From Trichinella spiralis (taxonomy: Eukaryota): a stretch of 53,777 bases of DNA. Within the stretch, counting starts at the first letter, position 1; every line of letters starts with the position of its first letter. Of the stretch, positions 50,055 to 53,777 are shown one piece after another. The notes under the pieces were generated by a model that was given only the letters and a program-made list of their open reading frames with translations, had not been told where the DNA came from and did not search any database. The translations under genes were made by a program, and so were the position numbers. Where the stretch lies: the NCBI RefSeq assembly GCF_000181795.1, contig NW_003526943.1, forward strand, positions 1,366,487 through 1,420,263, given 5' to 3'.

Positions 50055-51342
50055 ATGAAAGGTATTTCTGTTTAATAAGTTTTATTACATAATAATTTGC
50101 TTTTTTAGCATGGAATTTTCAACTGCTTCTAATTTTCAGCACTCATTATTCAGTATGAAAATTTTTAAATCAATGATCATACATAGCAGTGCCATTGTCA
50201 CTGCTATTTATACGCGTCATGTTGAATATTTCAATAATTTAGACAGATTCATCCAATTGTGGTAGAAGTGGTTTGGTAGGAGGTGTTTTAGCATATACAA
50301 TGGTCTTTTTTGGAGAAGCAGAAGGAAGGATGTTTGTAGACTGCATTGGATTATTGGTTCCATCTTCCAATTCTTCATACTCTGATATTGTGGTCACTTC
50401 ACGATACTGTGTTCAGTTTAGGTAAGAAATATTAGAAAAAAAATTTTTTAATTTTTTTCTCACAGCCATTGTAGTTTTGCTAGAAACATGAAAATTGCAC
50501 CAGCATATTTATTTAACCAGAATAATTACATGGAGACATCAAACCGAGTTAGAAGAATCATGTTTTTTAATAGATCAGGCACCAATCGCAGCCGAACACA
50601 GCCGCCGCCAAATATTTCACTTATTAAGATGAGATTGCCGATTTTAAGCAGTTTTTATACTCAACCAGTTTGCTTACCGGAAGAACATGATTATCCTTCA
50701 AATGAACAAGAATGCGTATATTACAGATTTTATTATGTTGGAGGAGCAAAAATAACGTTTTTACCTATATCAATGAAACAAATAACTGATAAACACTGCA
50801 AAAGCATAATTGGAAATTCCAGAAAGGATAATGTATCACAGATGTGTTTTGAAGAACAAGGTCCACATGCTTTGTTAAAAGCAGAATTTGTAAGAATTTA
50901 TCTTCTTCAATTATTTTTTTGCAAAATATGTCAAGGTTTAAGTAAACTTATCACACCAAGTTGAATATGCTAAATTTGTAAAGTGAACAATACATTTTGT
51001 ACTTTTATTATTCTGCAATAATTTTAAAATCTAATTTAAATTTTAAAGTAACGCAACATTAATAAATTCTTAATTCATAAATGATTTATTTTTAATAAAT
51101 GTGTCTTAATCATTAAAGTCGCTTAAAATAATACTGATAATAATATAATCTAGAGTGCTACAATGATTCCCACTGGTTTTCCATTGATCTGTTTGAAGCA
51201 TGAACGGTCATATTTATATGGAATACAAGATTGGTTACGATTTCCGAAACCGGGTGAAAACTTGAAGCCAATTGCAATATTTACTGCTACATCACCATTC
51301 GCTTTTCGCATTAATCGATTCATAAATGAAACCAGTTTTTAA
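50055..51342 (+). CDS. Secreted trypsin-fold serine protease homologue 5, catalytic triad absent
   Basis: Exons 50055-50061, 50109-50152, 50243-50421, 50466-50889, 51154-51342. Motifs VVTSRYC, PNISLIKM, TQPVCLP and PTGFPLIC. Confidence 0.87.
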
Positions 51343-51437
51343 TTGAAGAAAAATATTTAGCAGTTTATAGAAATTATTTTTTCACATGTTCATCAATAAC
51401 TATATGATTAAATTGAAAAGCTATCAAATTAATTTAA

Positions 51438-53128
51438 CCTCATCCGGGCGGCAAATTTTACACCCTAATCCGGGCACCTGGCTGATTATGTAAACACTAA
51501 AAATTTCATCATGCTTAGTCCTTGTACATGATGCTAAAGTAATTATTTTTTCACGAACTAATGATAATTTCACAAATAGTTATTTATTTTATTCAATGCA
51601 AGCGCTACACGATATTTTAGTGATTTTGTGGCTGTTAAGTATATATTTTTTTACATGAATGGCAGCAGTTTTACACTGATTTTCGACGTCCTTACACTCG
51701 GCATTTTGATGGATTCTGTCGTTTTATAACTGATATCTGTAACATTTATGATTTTGGCAACTCCGTAGCGGATAAAGGCATGTTTAGTTTGTGCACAGAT
51801 TTTTTCATTTTGATACCTCATTTCGATGTGTTTGACCAGCTGAAAGCTCTCTCATAAAACGCTTCTTTGTCTTCTGATAACTTTGCTTATGTTTTATCAG
51901 TAAGAATGCGTTGTTGATGCACACCTCAACAATGAAGTACAACATCAGCATGGTTTATCTGTTGGTCTTTCTTATACAGCAAAAATCTTCTATTCTTGCA
52001 TCCATGTTATCCACGTTTCTTTTGCCAAGATTATAGCTATTCATGATGTTTGGTATTTTGTCACCTTGCTGGTTGTCTACTTTCAACTTTGTGCGGCATG
52101 AAGTCAACAGAAGGACATTGCTGTTTTTCCTTGGCACATAATTGATCATCGCTATTCTTTTGTTGTGCTCATAAACAGCTAATGTGGAGTAAGGATCACG
52201 TTGTGCTACTTTAAGCAAACATGCTAGAACATCACGGCGATGTGCAGGCACTACACCAATAGATGTAAGACCATGCTCAAGAGACGTTGCACAGTGGAAT
52301 ATGATGTAAAATAACGGTCCATACAAACGTTTCTGTTAGAGTTTCACAAATGGCTGTGCCAACTGCCCAACATTGGTGCTTGCTAGACCAATTTGGCGTT
52401 CTTCACTACTTCTGCCAGTATATAACAAACCTTTCAGAGCATAACCGTTCTCCGCGTCACATATTCAGTTGATCTTCACACTGTACTTTCCTGGTAAAAT
52501 GGTCAAATGGTCAATACGTATGGTAAAATGCAAAAATGGCAAACACAAGTTCACCACAACTGATTATTTATAGCAATAAATAGCTGCATAATGGATATCC
52601 ACTTTTTAAAGTTGCATAAACAACTGACTGTTTTTGTTGCATATTGAGCTAATAACAGTGACTCTTAAACAAACATCAAGAAGGTCTGAGAGCACTGACA
52701 GACACTCATGAAGCATACCGTATTTATCTTTGGGGTTGACACCTTTTTTGACTAATCTACTTTGTAAAATCCACAGAAACTTTATCCCAGATTCCATAAA
52801 GGATACGAACATGAACCACATTCAAAAATAATCAATATGGTAACCTCAGAGCATTTTAGCTGCCACAAACATGTGGATTATTTCAGTATAATCATCAAAA
52901 AAAGAGAAAGTGTTACGTGTCTACATATGTAGACAGGTGCCCGGAATATGAATAGTAAACATGAAACAACAGCTTAAAAACGTCATAGAACCAAAAATGA
53001 GCTGTGAAGATGGAGCATAAAATTTTATCGAACGTTTTGGAATGAATAAGGCTAATTATTTTTTTCATGTCACAGCACTGTTCCAATCATCGTTTGTCTA
53101 CATATGTAGACAGGTGCCCTGAGTAGTG
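51438..53128 (-). mobile_element. piggyBac family B, both ends present, transposase deleted and frameshifted
   Basis: TTAA at 51434-51437 and 53129-53132. Relics PGKYSVKI..CDAENGY, MDRYFTS and YNLGKRNVDNMD. Subterminal GGGCACCTG-TCTACATATGTAGAC motif at both ends. Confidence 0.9.
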
Positions 53129-53179
53129 TTAAAATGCATTTTGCATAATAGAAAAATAAAATTATTATCTGCCATGCTG

Positions 53180-53777
53180 GGGACAAATTTTCACCGCCTT
53201 TTCTTACTGGTCGTTCAACGCGCTTTCCTATTGCACCTTCAATTCGTCGTCTTATAGGTTTTCCTTATCTAATTGCTCATTGATTCAAACTCTTCAGTTG
53301 TGATTAGCTGCAATATTTTTTCATTTCATTGGTTCAAATATTCCATTTTGGATTACGTAACTTTAATAGTAGTGACGTAACATAAAAATGGAAATATTAT
53401 TCCAAAATTTTATTGTCTTTTTGAAGTTTCGTCATTCATTGAAAATTTGTTTATTTAAATATATTACTTGTGGTGTAGTGGTCTATTACCGATTTCCCTT
53501 TGATATATAAATCTGCTCCCATTGTTTTTAAATAAATGTGTTGCCTGTTAAAATTTATCAAGATTGGATGTTAACTTCCGGGTGGAATGTCAGAATACTG
53601 AATAATCTGTTTGAAAAATCTGGAATGTTGTAGCAACACTTCCAATTTCCGGGTTACAAATGGCACTAATGCTAACGTTACACGTTAGCTCGCTATTTCA
53701 CTTAATTTTACGCATGATTCCACGCATATGCCTTTGTCAAACATTGTTCGCGTTTCTCGTCACATCACATATGCTGG
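53180..53777. repeat. Repeat A fragment fused to repeat unit B, running off the window end
   Basis: 53210-53479 matches ~23440-23716. 53480-53777 matches 24037-24335. Confidence 0.88.

Overview
AT-rich, intron-rich eukaryotic scaffold with short (~50-100 nt) introns and N gaps. Gene content and repeat families suggest a clade I nematode, most likely Trichinella (inference). Conserved genes are tRNA-Ala(AGC), an intronless PP4 catalytic subunit, cullin-2 (truncated near a gap, where it runs into a mitochondrial cox3-like stretch), pyruvate dehydrogenase kinase and a kinesin-3/KIF14-like motor. Lineage-specific content is five divergent secreted trypsin-fold paralogues that all lack the His/Asp/Ser catalytic triad in the same way, a Gly/Asn/Leu-rich secreted protein, a micro-exon secreted Cys protein and a 7TM receptor. 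These genes are interleaved with at least five distinct decayed piggyBac families (TTAA ends, subterminal palindromes), a MULE/FLYWCH remnant, a hAT-like end and a composite dispersed repeat. Exon boundaries were traced by eye and homology calls are from motif recognition, not database searches.
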